From the NCBI GenBank assembly GCA_041661275.1, contig JBAZUU010000004.1, positions 71,480 through 135,479 on the forward strand: DNA of 64,000 nt, given 5' to 3'. The stretch is from Parcubacteria group bacterium. GTDB taxonomy: Bacteria; Patescibacteriota; Minisyncoccia; Moranbacterales; UBA2206. The notes under the pieces were generated by a model that was not told where the DNA came from, did not search any database, and saw nothing but the letters and a program-made list of their open reading frames with translations. Below, piece after piece: positions 54,526-64,000 of the stretch; position 1 is the first letter of the stretch, and each line of letters begins with the position of its first letter. Both the position numbers and the translations under genes were made by a program.

Positions 54526-54687
54526 AGCTTATATGGTCCAGTGTAAAACCTCGTTAAATGGCTTAACAAAAATAATTTTTAAACTTATCCACCACACTAA
54601 TTATTATAGAGCCTACTTTTCTTGCCAATTGAGCCAAAATATAGTAGGCTGAAGTGTGGTATTATTAATATAACCAACAATAATGTG

Positions 54688-54739
54688 CCCTCTCTGTCAC
54701 GATAGGAATCGTGACATCTCTCCCGGAGGGAGAGAGGGA
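54688..54739. repeat. Family-B palindromic element upstream of the NIF3 gene
   Basis: ccctctctgtcacgataggaatcgtgacatctctcccggagggagagaggg. Same architecture as the first hairpin at 14294. Confidence 0.5.
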
Positions 54740-54741
54740 TA

Positions 54742-55704
54742 ATGAAAAACTCTATGACTATTCAAGAAATTTATAAACTGGCCTTAGAAATGGGCATGAA
54801 GAGCGATTTTCGGTCAAAAAAGGAAATTGCCGAATATTTGAAATTGAAAAAGGAAGAATATGACGCTTTGCCGAAAGACGAAAAACAATATTTCGACAAA
54901 GAAAAATTGACTAATCCATATTCTGATACGCGAATTCATTTTGATTCTGGCAAAAAAAATATTAAAAGAATTTTTGCGTCGATTGATGTGACGCCTGGAT
55001 CGATCTATATTGCCGAAGAACTACATGCAGATCTCATCATCAATCATCATCCGGTTGGACTGGCCTTGGCTGGACTTGATGATGTTATGAACTATCAAGT
55101 GGATCAGATGGAAAAAGTTGGTGTGCCAATTGCTATTGCCGAAAAACTAATTCACAAGAGAATTTCCGAGGTGGCACGCGGAATAAACCCCATTAATCAT
55201 TATGAACCGGTAGATGCAGCCAGAGTTATGAAGATTAGTCTTATCAATATTCATACACCAGGAGATAATTTTGCTGCGCAATTTGTTTTAGAAAAAATCA
55301 AAAAAGCCCAACCAAGATATGTGAAAGATATTTTGAAAGCGCTTATGGAAATTCCGGAATATCAAGAAGCAACAAAACAAGGAAGTGGGCCAATGCTTTT
55401 TTCGGGCGCTAAAAATAATCGCTGTGGACGAGTTGTAGTATCAGAATTTGCCGGAGGAACAGACGGGTCAAAAGAAATCTATCAAGCAATGGCCAATGCT
55501 GGTGTGGGAACAATCATTTCCATGCATCAGAGCGAAGATCACCGGAAAGCGGCTGAAGAGGCGCATATCAATGTCGTTGTGTCTGGGCATATTTCATCTG
55601 ATTCTTTGGGCATGAATTTGTTTTTGGATAAATTAGAAAAAAAGGGAATGGAAATCGTGCCGTTTGGAGGACTCATTAGAGTTAGCAGAAATAAGAAAAA
55701 ATAA
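54742..55704 (+). CDS. NIF3-family (YqfO-like) dinuclear-metal-centre protein
   Basis: ADLIINHHP and the C-terminal VVVSGHISSDSLGMN match the NIF3 signatures. Confidence 0.8.
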   Translation: MKNSMTIQEIYKLALEMGMKSDFRSKKEIAEYLKLKKEEYDALPKDEKQYFDKEKLTNPYSDTRIHFDSGKKNIKRIFASIDVTPGSIYIAEELHADLIINHHPVGLALAGLDDVMNYQVDQMEKVGVPIAIAEKLIHKRISEVARGINPINHYEPVDAARVMKISLINIHTPGDNFAAQFVLEKIKKAQPRYVKDILKALMEIPEYQEATKQGSGPMLFSGAKNNRCGRVVVSEFAGGTDGSKEIYQAMANAGVGTIISMHQSEDHRKAAEEAHINVVVSGHISSDSLGMNLFLDKLEKKGMEIVPFGGLIRVSRNKKK

Positions 55705-55706
55705 TT

Positions 55707-56987
55707 ATGAAACATAAAAAAACTACACTCAAAAATGGGCTGCGGCTTATCACTATCCCCATGTCTGGTGGTACACAAACAGTGACAGTGATTGTTATGG
55801 TTGGTGTTGGCTCCCGCTATGAAAAAGATATAGAGGCGGGGATTTCTCATTTCATTGAACATATGTTTTTCAAGGGAACAGAAAAGCGTCCAACCACACT
55901 TGATATTTCAACAGAATTAGATAGCGTTGGTGGAGAATTTAATGCCTTCACCGGAAAAGATAGAACGGCCTACTATGTGAAAGTGGATGCGCGACATTTG
56001 GATCGAGCGCTTGATGTGGTGGCTGATATGTATCTCAATTCCAAATTAGAAGAAAAGGAAATCAACAAGGAGCGCGGCACGATTTTGCAAGAACTTAATA
56101 TGTATGAAGACACACCTACGGCGAACGTCGGTGATACTTTTGAAAATCTGATGTATGGAAAAAATCCGTTGGGGCGGGAGATCATCGGCTATAAATATAC
56201 TTTGCTAAAAATGAAGAGGAAAGACCTCGTGGACTATATGGGTCGTTTCTATATGGCCAATGATACGGTGATAACAATAGCTGGAAAATTTAATGAAAAA
56301 GCGACGATCAAAAAAATTAAGAAATATTTCGGAGAAATGGGCAAGGGAGAAAAACCGCGTATCGTGAAATTTAAAGATACCCAAAAAGAACCGCAAGTAA
56401 AAATAAAATTCAAAAAAACCGACCAGACCCATTTCATTCTGGGCACGAGAGCCTATGATATTTTTTCGCCACATCGATTTGCCCTTTCGCTTCTTTCGAT
56501 AATCCTGGGCGGCAATATGTCGAGTCGTCTTTTTGTCGAAATCAGGGAAAAGCGGGGACTGGCCTATTATGTCCGCTCGACCGTAGAATCTCATCACGAC
56601 ACTGGATATTTGTCAGTACAAGCTGGTGTGGAGCACAAAAATCTTGACCTGGCTATCTCAACGATAGTCAAAGAATTCAAAAAGATGGCCAAATTCGGCG
56701 TCAGTGAAAAAGAGCTGCAAAGAGCCAAGGATTATGTCAAAGGAAAAACGGTCATGGGTATGGAAGAGTCAGATGAAGTGGCAATGTTCTTTGCCGGGCA
56801 AGAAACGATGAAAAAAGAAATAATGACAACAGAAGAGATCTTCAAGCATTTTGACAGGGTGAAAACTTCTGATATTCTTAGGGTAGCGAAAGACATATTT
56901 AAGAATAATAAATATAATCTGGCGGTCATCGGGCCGCATAGTAACGGCGGCAAATTTAAGAAACTTTTAGAAAATAATGTCCAATAG
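55707..56987 (+). CDS. Peptidase M16 (insulinase/pitrilysin) family protein
   Basis: HFIEHMFFKGTEKR inverted zinc motif HxxEH. Confidence 0.8.
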   Translation: MKHKKTTLKNGLRLITIPMSGGTQTVTVIVMVGVGSRYEKDIEAGISHFIEHMFFKGTEKRPTTLDISTELDSVGGEFNAFTGKDRTAYYVKVDARHLDRALDVVADMYLNSKLEEKEINKERGTILQELNMYEDTPTANVGDTFENLMYGKNPLGREIIGYKYTLLKMKRKDLVDYMGRFYMANDTVITIAGKFNEKATIKKIKKYFGEMGKGEKPRIVKFKDTQKEPQVKIKFKKTDQTHFILGTRAYDIFSPHRFALSLLSIILGGNMSSRLFVEIREKRGLAYYVRSTVESHHDTGYLSVQAGVEHKNLDLAISTIVKEFKKMAKFGVSEKELQRAKDYVKGKTVMGMEESDEVAMFFAGQETMKKEIMTTEEIFKHFDRVKTSDILRVAKDIFKNNKYNLAVIGPHSNGGKFKKLLENNVQ

Positions 56988-58011
56988 ATCAATAAACATT
57001 TCTACCGGAATTGTTTTCAGGACTATTCTCATAATCCTGGCTCTTTGGTTTTTATATTTAGTGCGCGAAGTAATCGTGCTTCTTTTTATCTCGGTCATTC
57101 TGGTTTCCGCTATGGAGCCAGCGGTGGACTTTTTGCAAAAGAAAAAAATTCCCCGCTCGGTCACGGTTTTAGGATTATATATAGTCATACTGGCTGTTAT
57201 TAGCGTGGCTGTTTCTTTCCTGGTTCCGCCAATGGTCAAACAATTTCAGGAATTGTCGCAAAACTTCGCGCAGTATTCCCAAAACTTCAAAGACTCGTTA
57301 GGGCCGATCAATAATTTTATTGAGATCAACCATATTAATCTGGGAACTAGCCAGATCCTGGGCGATCTTGGCAGTGGAGTATCCGGCATTACTCAAAATA
57401 TATTTTCCAAAACTCTTGGAATTTTCTCTGGTCTGCTTTCCGTCGTTATTATTTTTTCTCTGGCTTTCTATATGTCAGTGGAAGAAAACGGTATCAAAAA
57501 TTTCATCACTTCCGTTACGCCCAAAAAACATCAGGAATATGCTATTAATATTTCAGAGCGGATAAAAAACAAAATTGGCAAGTGGCTTCTGGGACAACTT
57601 TTTGTGATGTTTGTTATTTTTGTTATGGATTCCATCGGGTTATATTTGGTTGGCGTTCCGTACGCGTTAATTTTAGGAATTTTTGCCGGTCTGATGGAAG
57701 TCATTCCTTATGTCGGGCCGATTATTTCCGGTATTCCCGGTGTCATTTTGGGATTTATGATTTCTCCGACAACTGGCTTTTTAGCATTTTTAGTTTATCT
57801 CATCGCCCAACAAGTCGAAGGTAATGTGGTTATTCCTGTTGTCATGAAAAAAGCGGTGGGTCTGAATCCTATCGCGATAATCCTCGCTCTTCTTATCGGA
57901 GCGAAAATAGCTGGAGTGCTGGGAGTTATCCTTTCTATTCCCATAGCCACCGCCATCGGACTTTTCATCAGAGACATTATGGACAATAAAAACGAAAAAG
58001 AGACAGCGTAG
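56977..58011 (+). CDS. AI-2E family transporter (PerM/YhhT-like)
   Basis: 8-TM topology and the PF01594 motifs (e.g. EVIPYVGPIISGIPGVILG). Confidence 0.8.
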   Translation: MSNRSINISTGIVFRTILIILALWFLYLVREVIVLLFISVILVSAMEPAVDFLQKKKIPRSVTVLGLYIVILAVISVAVSFLVPPMVKQFQELSQNFAQYSQNFKDSLGPINNFIEINHINLGTSQILGDLGSGVSGITQNIFSKTLGIFSGLLSVVIIFSLAFYMSVEENGIKNFITSVTPKKHQEYAINISERIKNKIGKWLLGQLFVMFVIFVMDSIGLYLVGVPYALILGIFAGLMEVIPYVGPIISGIPGVILGFMISPTTGFLAFLVYLIAQQVEGNVVIPVVMKKAVGLNPIAIILALLIGAKIAGVLGVILSIPIATAIGLFIRDIMDNKNEKETA

Positions 58012-58060
58012 GCAGTTTGTGCAGGTTTGATATTCGACTTAGACATTTGATGTCTAAGTT

Positions 58061-58537
58061 TTATTTTATAAAAAGTATTATAATAGCCGCGACGGAAATT
58101 ATGAAGTCATTGGCAAAATTACGAAAGCTCCATTCCCGGAGCTTGGAGTTTTTGGGAATTTTGTTATAGCGATGGGCGAAATAATTAAAATCCCGGAGTT
58201 TTATAAAAACAGGATTTTCGGGAAAAACCTTATAGAGAAAAGTAAAAAGGTCAGGAAGGAGCGAGAAAGTGACTCCCAAAAGAATATTGTTAGAAATTCC
58301 GTCATAATTCATAAAAAGATAAACCAGAGAAGCGGTGATGGCCATAGCGGCCATAAAATCCAGAAGGACTTTCCAGGCAGAACTCCTCATGTTATTTTTC
58401 CGGTCATCCCAATAGTCGCCGTGCCTCAAACTATCCATTGCGTAATGCATAGTTAGCGACAGGATTATTATAAGCCATGGATTTGATACATTTTTTCCGA
58501 TAACTGCTCCGACCAGAGCATGAGTAGGTAGAATCAT
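58061..58537 (-). CDS. Hypothetical membrane protein (possibly YdjM/DUF457-like)
   Basis: MILPTHALVGAVIG N-terminus and 4 predicted TM segments. A MITE copy lies directly upstream of its start. Confidence 0.45.
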   Translation of the reverse strand: MILPTHALVGAVIGKNVSNPWLIIILSLTMHYAMDSLRHGDYWDDRKNNMRSSAWKVLLDFMAAMAITASLVYLFMNYDGISNNILLGVTFSLLPDLFTFLYKVFPENPVFIKLRDFNYFAHRYNKIPKNSKLREWSFRNFANDFIISVAAIIILFIK

Positions 58538-58545
58538 AAAATAGT

Positions 58546-58682
58546 CGTCATTCTGAGCGGAATCGAGTCCGTTTAGGACGAGATGCAGTCGAAGAATCTG
58601 CCAAATATTAGCACTAGTGATAATTTATAGCAGATCCTTCGACTACGTCCAATAAGAATTGGACTTCGCTCAGGATGACGGT
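58546..58682. repeat. Family-A MITE-like repeat, copy 6
   Basis: tcgtcattctgagcggaatcgagtccgtttaggacgagatgcagtcgaagaatctgccaaat...agatccttcgactacgtccaataagaattggacttcgctcaggatgacgg. Confidence 0.7.
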
Positions 58683-58723
58683 GGTGGTTTGAGTTTTTAT
58701 TGTAACTACGATAAACTAATTAT

Positions 58724-59425
58724 ATGCATACTGGTATATTATACATCGTCGCGACACCTATTGGCAACTTGGAGGATATCACATTCAGGGCTGTTTGGAC
58801 TTTAAAAGAGGTCGATTTAATTTTTTGTGAGGATACGCGGGTAACAAAAAGACTTCTAGATAAATATAATATTACTGCTGAAACAAGATCTTTCTATAAA
58901 TCCAGTGGAAGCGGCGCGCGAAAGCCGCAAGCCAATTTTGAATATATCTTGTCGGAGCTCGGCTCCGGTAAAGATGTGGCTTTTGTCACAGATGCCGGAA
59001 CACCAGGAATATCTGATCCGGGGAATACGCTCGCGGAAAAAGTTCTGGCCGAAGGTTTTGCTGTTATGCCAATCCCAGGAGTTTCCGCTCTCACGACTCT
59101 CGTGTCTGTTTCTGGAATTGATCTGACCCAATTTGTATTTTTAGGTTTTCCACCGCATAAAAAAGGCCGGGAAACATATTTCAAAAAATTATTGTCGTAT
59201 GATATTCCGGTGATATATTATGAATCCCCGCATCGATTGATAAAAAATTTAGAATTATTATCTGTCATTGCGAGCGAAGCGAAACAATCTCGTAACATTA
59301 TTTTGGGTCGCGAACTGACAAAAATGTTCGAAGAAGTCATTCGCGGCAGCGCGGAAGATATTTTGAGATATTTTGAGGAAAATAAGGGAAAAGTGAAGGG
59401 AGAGTTTGTAATTATTGTTTATTAA
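58724..59425 (+). CDS. rsmI: 16S rRNA (cytidine1402-2'-O)-methyltransferase RsmI
   Basis: GILYIVATPIGNLEDITFRAVWTLKEVDLIFCEDTR matches the tetrapyrrole-methylase-fold RsmI family. Confidence 0.85.
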   Translation: MHTGILYIVATPIGNLEDITFRAVWTLKEVDLIFCEDTRVTKRLLDKYNITAETRSFYKSSGSGARKPQANFEYILSELGSGKDVAFVTDAGTPGISDPGNTLAEKVLAEGFAVMPIPGVSALTTLVSVSGIDLTQFVFLGFPPHKKGRETYFKKLLSYDIPVIYYESPHRLIKNLELLSVIASEAKQSRNIILGRELTKMFEEVIRGSAEDILRYFEENKGKVKGEFVIIVY

Positions 59426-59427
59426 AT

Positions 59428-60849
59428 ATGGAAAATAAATTTTATATCACCACTCCGATATATTACGTCAATGCCAAGCCACATATCGGGCATGCTTATA
59501 CGACTATTGCGGCGGACGCGATGGCGCGGTTTTATCGTCAACAGCTGGGAGGTAAAAATGTTTTTTTTCTTACTGGAACTGATGAGCATGGACAAAAAAT
59601 CCAGAAAGTTGCAGAGTCTGCGGGAAAAAATCCACAGGAATTTACTGATGAAATCGTTGGCGAATTTAAGGATCTTTGGAAAAAATTGGATATAAAATAT
59701 GATAATTTTATCCGGACAACCGATGAAAAACACAAAAAAGCGGTGCAAAAAGTTTTGCAGACACTTTTTGATAAAGGTGCAATATATAAAGGCGAATACG
59801 AAGGGCTATATTGTGTTGGTTGTGAACAATTTAAAAACGAGTCGGATCTGGTCGATGGAAAATGCCCAGATCATGGAACTGTTCCGGAACTTCTAAAAGA
59901 AGAAAGCTATCTTTTGAAATTGACTGATATCCAGAAGGAGTTAATTCAAAAAATTGAAAGCGACGAGTTCAAAATAACTCCGGAAAAATATAAAAAGGAA
60001 ATTTTATCCTTTCTTAAAAATCAAGAATTGCGCGATGTTTCAGTTTCGCGGAAAAATGTTTCCTGGGGGATTCCACTTCCTTTTGATGAGAATCATACAA
60101 CTTATGTTTGGGTTGATGCATTCTTAAATTATCTGACGGGTCTTGGTTGGGATGGTGATGAAAAGAATATTCCCGAATTTTGGCCAGCAGATGTGCAATT
60201 GATTGGAAAAGACATTCTTCGCGTCCATGCGACAGTTTGGCCGGCGATTCTTTTGCATCTCGGAATAGAATTACCAAAAATTCTGTTTACTCATGGTCAT
60301 ATTTTATCTTCTGGAAAAAAGATGAGTAAAACTTTGGGGAATACAATCTCCATTGACGAAATGTTAGATAAATTTGGGACTGACGGTACCAGATATTTAT
60401 TATTAAGTGCAGGAACCTTTGGAACTGATGTTGATGTGACGATGGAGAGGCTAGCTGAGAAGTATAATTCAGATCTAGCAAATGGAATAGGAAACTTAGT
60501 TAGTAGAATTTTAAAACTTTGTGAGGGATTTAACATTGAAATAAAGAAAAGCGAATATGATCCTCTCGTATGGAACAAGGGATTTATAGAAAGTTTATGG
60601 CTGGATAAAGCGATTGATAGAATCTGGGATCACTTAATAAGGAAAAATAATAAATTTATAGATGACAATAAGCCATGGGAGCTTAAAAAAACCAATGAAA
60701 ATAAATTTAAAGAAGTTATGGAGAAACTTCTTGCCGATCTAGACTTAATTTCTGATTTAATTTCCCCTTTTATGCCTGAAACTTCGGAGAAAATTAAGGA
60801 GGCTTTGAAAAATAAAAAAACAAAGCCGTTGTTTCAAAGGATAAAATAA
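59428..60849 (+). CDS. metG: Methionyl-tRNA synthetase (short form)
   Basis: PIYYVNAKPHIGHAYTT (HIGH), KMSKTLGN (KMSKS) and the zinc knuckle CVGCEQF...CPDHG. Confidence 0.9.
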   Translation: MENKFYITTPIYYVNAKPHIGHAYTTIAADAMARFYRQQLGGKNVFFLTGTDEHGQKIQKVAESAGKNPQEFTDEIVGEFKDLWKKLDIKYDNFIRTTDEKHKKAVQKVLQTLFDKGAIYKGEYEGLYCVGCEQFKNESDLVDGKCPDHGTVPELLKEESYLLKLTDIQKELIQKIESDEFKITPEKYKKEILSFLKNQELRDVSVSRKNVSWGIPLPFDENHTTYVWVDAFLNYLTGLGWDGDEKNIPEFWPADVQLIGKDILRVHATVWPAILLHLGIELPKILFTHGHILSSGKKMSKTLGNTISIDEMLDKFGTDGTRYLLLSAGTFGTDVDVTMERLAEKYNSDLANGIGNLVSRILKLCEGFNIEIKKSEYDPLVWNKGFIESLWLDKAIDRIWDHLIRKNNKFIDDNKPWELKKTNENKFKEVMEKLLADLDLISDLISPFMPETSEKIKEALKNKKTKPLFQRIK

Positions 60850-60851
60850 AA

Positions 60852-61418
60852 ATGGAATACTGCAACCAAAACAAAAAAGCAGGTTATGAATATCTGCTGG
60901 CTTATAAGTTGAGTGTGCCAATTTACGATTTAACAGTTGAATTTACTGAATTGCATATCTCGAGATTTTCCCGAACCAAAGATCAAATGGATCAGGCGGC
61001 AAGGTCGGGAATGCAAAATACCGCAGAAGGAAACAAGCAACAAAGTCTGGCCGGGTATATCAAGCTCACAGGCGTTTCTCGAGGTTCTTTTGAAGAACTT
61101 TTGAAGGATTACCTTTCTTTTGCCAGGCAGAAAAAGATTGAGATTTGGAATAAGGAAAAAGCGAATTTGGAGATCGGGGAAATAGGGGAGATATGGGGAA
61201 TTATTAAAGCGACTCCAACTCTTCCCGATCAACCCAATTTCCCTAATCTCCCGCAAGATCTCACAAAAGCTGTTAATTTGATGATTACCCTCATTAACCA
61301 GGAAAATTATCTTCTTGATAAATTGATTTCATCGCTTAATGAAAAACACATGAGAGAAGGTGGGTTTAATGAAGGCCTCTATAAAAAAAGAGTTGAATAT
61401 AGAAAAATTCATGGATAA
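60852..61418 (+). CDS. Four-helix-bundle (23S rRNA IVS-type, TIGR02436) protein
   Basis: YKLSVPIYDLTVEF...DQMDQAARSGMQNTAEGNKQ...GSFEELLKDYLSF is collinear with the family consensus. Confidence 0.45.
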   Translation: MEYCNQNKKAGYEYLLAYKLSVPIYDLTVEFTELHISRFSRTKDQMDQAARSGMQNTAEGNKQQSLAGYIKLTGVSRGSFEELLKDYLSFARQKKIEIWNKEKANLEIGEIGEIWGIIKATPTLPDQPNFPNLPQDLTKAVNLMITLINQENYLLDKLISSLNEKHMREGGFNEGLYKKRVEYRKIHG

Positions 61419-62229
61419 GTTAAAACTTGTTGACACTCACGCTCATGTGAATTTTTCCGCGTTTAAGGATGACGCGGATGAAATATTAAAGAAATGCTCC
61501 GATGAGAATGTCGGAGTTATTAATATTGGCTCACAATTTTCTACGTCAAAAAGAGCGGTAGAAATGGCGGAAAAATATGAAACTGGCGTTTGGGCCGTTA
61601 TCGGTCTTCATCCGAGTCATCTGGTCGAATATGATTACGAAGAAGAGGGGATAAAATTCAAATCAGTGGTGGAAAAATTTGATGCCCAAAAATATCGGGA
61701 GCTAGCCAAAAGCAAAAAGGTGGTGGCCATTGGCGAGTGCGGACTGGATTATCATTATGGTGAAGAAAACAAGGAAATACAGATGGAAACTTTTCGAGAA
61801 GAAATAAAATTAGCAGTAGAGCTGGATCTGCCGCTAGTTGTCCATTGTCGCAATGCTTACAAGGACGTTTTGGAAATTTTGACGGAAGAAAAGAAAAAAT
61901 ATGGTGAAAAACTGCGGGGCGTGATGCATTCGTATCTCGGAAGATTGAGCTATGCCCACGAATTTAATAAACTTGGATTTCTCATCGCATTTAACGGCGT
62001 CATCACATATGCCCGTGATTATGACAAAGTGATTCGCGAAATAAATCTGGAAAATATACTAGTAGAAACTGATTGTCCATGGCTCACGCCAGTTCCTCAT
62101 CGAGGCGAAAGAAATGAACCAATTTACGTTAAATTTGTTGCCCAAAAGATCGCGGAGATAAAAAATATTGATGTGAGTGAAGCGGAAAATGTCACCACCC
62201 AAAACGCCAAAAAACTTTTCCTGATTTAG
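61411..62229 (+). CDS. tatD: TatD-family metal-dependent hydrolase/DNase
   Basis: VDTHAHVNF, ...AIGECGLDYHY..., VVHCRNA..., ETDCPWLTP. Confidence 0.8.
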   Translation: MDKLKLVDTHAHVNFSAFKDDADEILKKCSDENVGVINIGSQFSTSKRAVEMAEKYETGVWAVIGLHPSHLVEYDYEEEGIKFKSVVEKFDAQKYRELAKSKKVVAIGECGLDYHYGEENKEIQMETFREEIKLAVELDLPLVVHCRNAYKDVLEILTEEKKKYGEKLRGVMHSYLGRLSYAHEFNKLGFLIAFNGVITYARDYDKVIREINLENILVETDCPWLTPVPHRGERNEPIYVKFVAQKIAEIKNIDVSEAENVTTQNAKKLFLI

Positions 62230-62321
62230 TTGCTAAATTTTCAAAAGCAAGCTAGAATAAGGCCAGAAAAACTGGTCTTTTTTGGTGAGTTGATGGTTCT
62301 TTGGAAAACGAAAGGGGAGTT

Positions 62322-62975
62322 ATGTACGCAACAGTAATTTCGATAGGAAGCATGGTATCCATGTGGTTCTATTCCGTTAGGAATTACTGGGAGCGGGTCA
62401 TAATTCCGTTTCTCAGAATAATTCCTGCCGAGATAAAACCAGACCACTTGAGCTGGTCGCGAGTGCCACTGGGATTTCTGGTAACTTTTTTCCTGTTTTT
62501 TTATCCAGTGCGATTGGTAGCTAATATGCTATATATTCTGGCATGGCTAACAGACATCCTGGATGGAGCATTGGCGCGGTACCGGAAACAATTTTCTATT
62601 TGGGGCTGTCGGATCGATCCTATTACCGACAAGGTTTTAAATGACTCAATTTTTATTGGCTATGGATGGTTTTGGCGAAATGATCCTGAGTTTTCTGTAA
62701 TGTTTTGGACAATTGTAGTTATAGTTGTTGCTGATCTCATTACCTTGGTTGGCGCCGGATTAATGTCTTACTTTATCGAAGAACGTGTTCAGGCCAACAT
62801 TTTTGGCAAATGGAAATTTGGCGCTCAATGCACTGGCTGTACAATGCTTATTTTAGAATGGGTTAATTCTGCAAGGCCGGTTTTGGAAGTCGCGGCGGCT
62901 TTGGGAATCTTAAGCGCTGTCAGTTATTGCTATACCGGATGTGTCAAAATTCGAGCCAGAACCGGCAGGTCTTAA
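62322..62975 (+). CDS. CDP-alcohol phosphatidyltransferase family protein
   Basis: DILDGALARYRKQFSIWGCRIDPITDKV matches the D-x2-DG-x2-AR...G-x3-D-x3-D motif. Multi-TM. Confidence 0.7.
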   Translation: MYATVISIGSMVSMWFYSVRNYWERVIIPFLRIIPAEIKPDHLSWSRVPLGFLVTFFLFFYPVRLVANMLYILAWLTDILDGALARYRKQFSIWGCRIDPITDKVLNDSIFIGYGWFWRNDPEFSVMFWTIVVIVVADLITLVGAGLMSYFIEERVQANIFGKWKFGAQCTGCTMLILEWVNSARPVLEVAAALGILSAVSYCYTGCVKIRARTGRS

Positions 62976-63143
62976 AACTTTTTTAAGGGACTCTTTGCGT
63001 TGCAATGCAGTCCCTGTTGTTTTTTCTGAAAAGAATTTTTCAGGGTTGACTTTTTTCCACTTCTCCTCCACAATTAAAGGTGGTTGCACGTATGCGAATC
63101 CCGCCAAGGCGGGACGAAAGCGCACATACAAATTAAATTGATT

Positions 63144-63452
63144 ATGGAAACAGATAAGAAAGATACAAAGAGGGCTCCATGGTGGCAGTCGGGGTTAGTG
63201 CTTTTCACAAAACTTTCCGGATGGATAATCGGGCCGGTACTTCTGGGAGTAATTTTGGGCAAATGGCTGGACAGGAAATATGGCACCGAGCCGTGGTTGT
63301 TTCTGGTCACAGTCGGAGTGGCGTTCTTCCTGTCGATGTTTGGGATAGTCAGAGATAGTTTGAGGGAGATGAAGAGGATAGAGGAAAAGGAAGTTAAAAA
63401 CAAGAAACAAGAAACAAGAAACAATAACCAAACAAATTCCAAATTACAATAA
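63144..63452 (+). CDS. AtpZ/AtpI-like ATP synthase-associated membrane protein
   Basis: APWWQSGLVLFTKLSGWIIGPVLLGVILGKWLDRKYGTEPWLFLVTVGVAFF and its position directly upstream of atpB. The C-terminal 20 aa are encoded by the repeat at 63395. Confidence 0.6.
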   Translation: METDKKDTKRAPWWQSGLVLFTKLSGWIIGPVLLGVILGKWLDRKYGTEPWLFLVTVGVAFFLSMFGIVRDSLREMKRIEEKEVKNKKQETRNNNQTNSKLQ

Positions 63453-63540
63453 TCAAATAATCAAGCAGATTGAGTTTTGAACAATTGGGTATTGAATTTT
63501 ATTTGTATCTTGTTACTTGGTCATTGGTTATTATATTTTT
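63395..63540. repeat. Family-C CAAAT/ATTTG-type imperfect palindrome (related to 1373-1560)
   Basis: aacaagaaacaagaaacaagaaacaataaccaaacaaattccaaattacaataatc...ttgaattttatttgtatcttgttacttggtcattggttatt. Shares caaacaaattccaaattacaa with the rc of the 1500-1530 region. Confidence 0.5.
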
Positions 63541-64000
63541 TATGGCTGAACATATTGAACAACCAAATATTTCCGGAAGCACAGAAATCACTACCGAAAC
63601 AACACTTTTTGCCGAACCTGTGGCGCATATCGGTGGTTTTACCATCACTAATTCTCTGATCAATAGTTGGATGGCCGTCCTGATTTTGGTCATTTTTTTT
63701 ATTCTCGTCGGGAAGAAGATAAAGAAGATCCCTCGCGGAATTCAGAATTTGTTCGAAATAATTTTGGAACAAGCTCTGACACTCGCTGACTCTATAACTT
63801 CCGACCGGAAGAAATCCGAAAAATTGCTGCCTATCACATTGGCGCTTTTTTTATTCATCCTTGTCAACAATTGGTTGGGACTTTTGCCGGGAATGGGAAC
63901 GATCGGATTTGTGGAATCGGAAGGTGGACATAATTTGTTCATCCCGTTTTTCCGTGGCGGAACAGCGGATATAAACACGACGTTAGCTCTGGCGCTCATT
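63541..64000 (+). CDS. atpB: ATP synthase F0 subunit a, 3' partial (runs off window end)
   Basis: MAEHIEQPNISG...LPITLALFLFILVNNWLGLLPGMGTIGF. Typical subunit-a TM helices. No stop before the window end. Confidence 0.8.

Noticed and set aside
15690-58682. Checked whether the recurring ~140-bp repeats could be a CRISPR array
   Set aside because: Copies are 1.5-20 kb apart, in both orientations and internally palindromic. There is no regular repeat-spacer periodicity and no cas genes. They behave like MITE/REP elements.

Overview
This is a low-GC, gene-dense bacterial segment whose content is consistent with a small-genome, possibly Patescibacteria/CPR-like, organism; that assignment is inference only.

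Housekeeping genes dominate:
- murD and murI, flanked by a minus-strand tRNA-Ala(TGC)/tRNA-Ile(GAT) pair.
- The secE-nusG-rplK-rplA operon. Downstream of it, in place of the usual rplJ/rplL, sits a pyrimidine-deoxynucleotide cluster: two tandem P-loop kinase paralogs, dCMP deaminase, thyA, a DHFR-family gene and dcd.
- gatB and a miaB-miaA operon, thrS, dnaE, rnhB, argS, a GT4 glycosyltransferase and ileS.
- recO, tgt, a U32 peptidase, GlyRS, a NIF3 protein, an M16 peptidase and an AI-2E transporter.
- rsmI, metG, tatD, a CDP-alcohol phosphatidyltransferase, atpZ and the start of atpB.

Accessory content:
- Secreted or surface proteins: SIMPL, Gmad2/GerMN, a TSP3-repeat protein, a CAP-domain protein, a signal-peptide orthocaspase and a DUF11-repeat protein.
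- An intact IS5-family (IS427-like, A8 frameshift) element with a TTA target duplication.
- A SipW-type signal peptidase flanked by a TasA/camelysin-like protein and a large Fn3 plus lamin-tail-domain protein, both carrying SipW-cognate signals. This resembles a tapA-sipW-tasA fibre/adhesin locus.

The most unusual property is repeat load:
- At least four non-coding palindromic or MITE-like families are present.
- Several copies are inserted in-frame inside conserved genes (miaB, miaA, dnaE, rnhB) without breaking the reading frames, reminiscent of Rickettsia palindromic elements.
- Several short GC-rich islands with strong Shine-Dalgarno sequences carry small Cys-rich or hydrophobic ORFs.
- Several promoter-plus-terminator-bounded structured regions are candidate ncRNAs or leaders. 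None could be assigned to a known RNA family by eye.

No CRISPR array or rRNA gene was seen.
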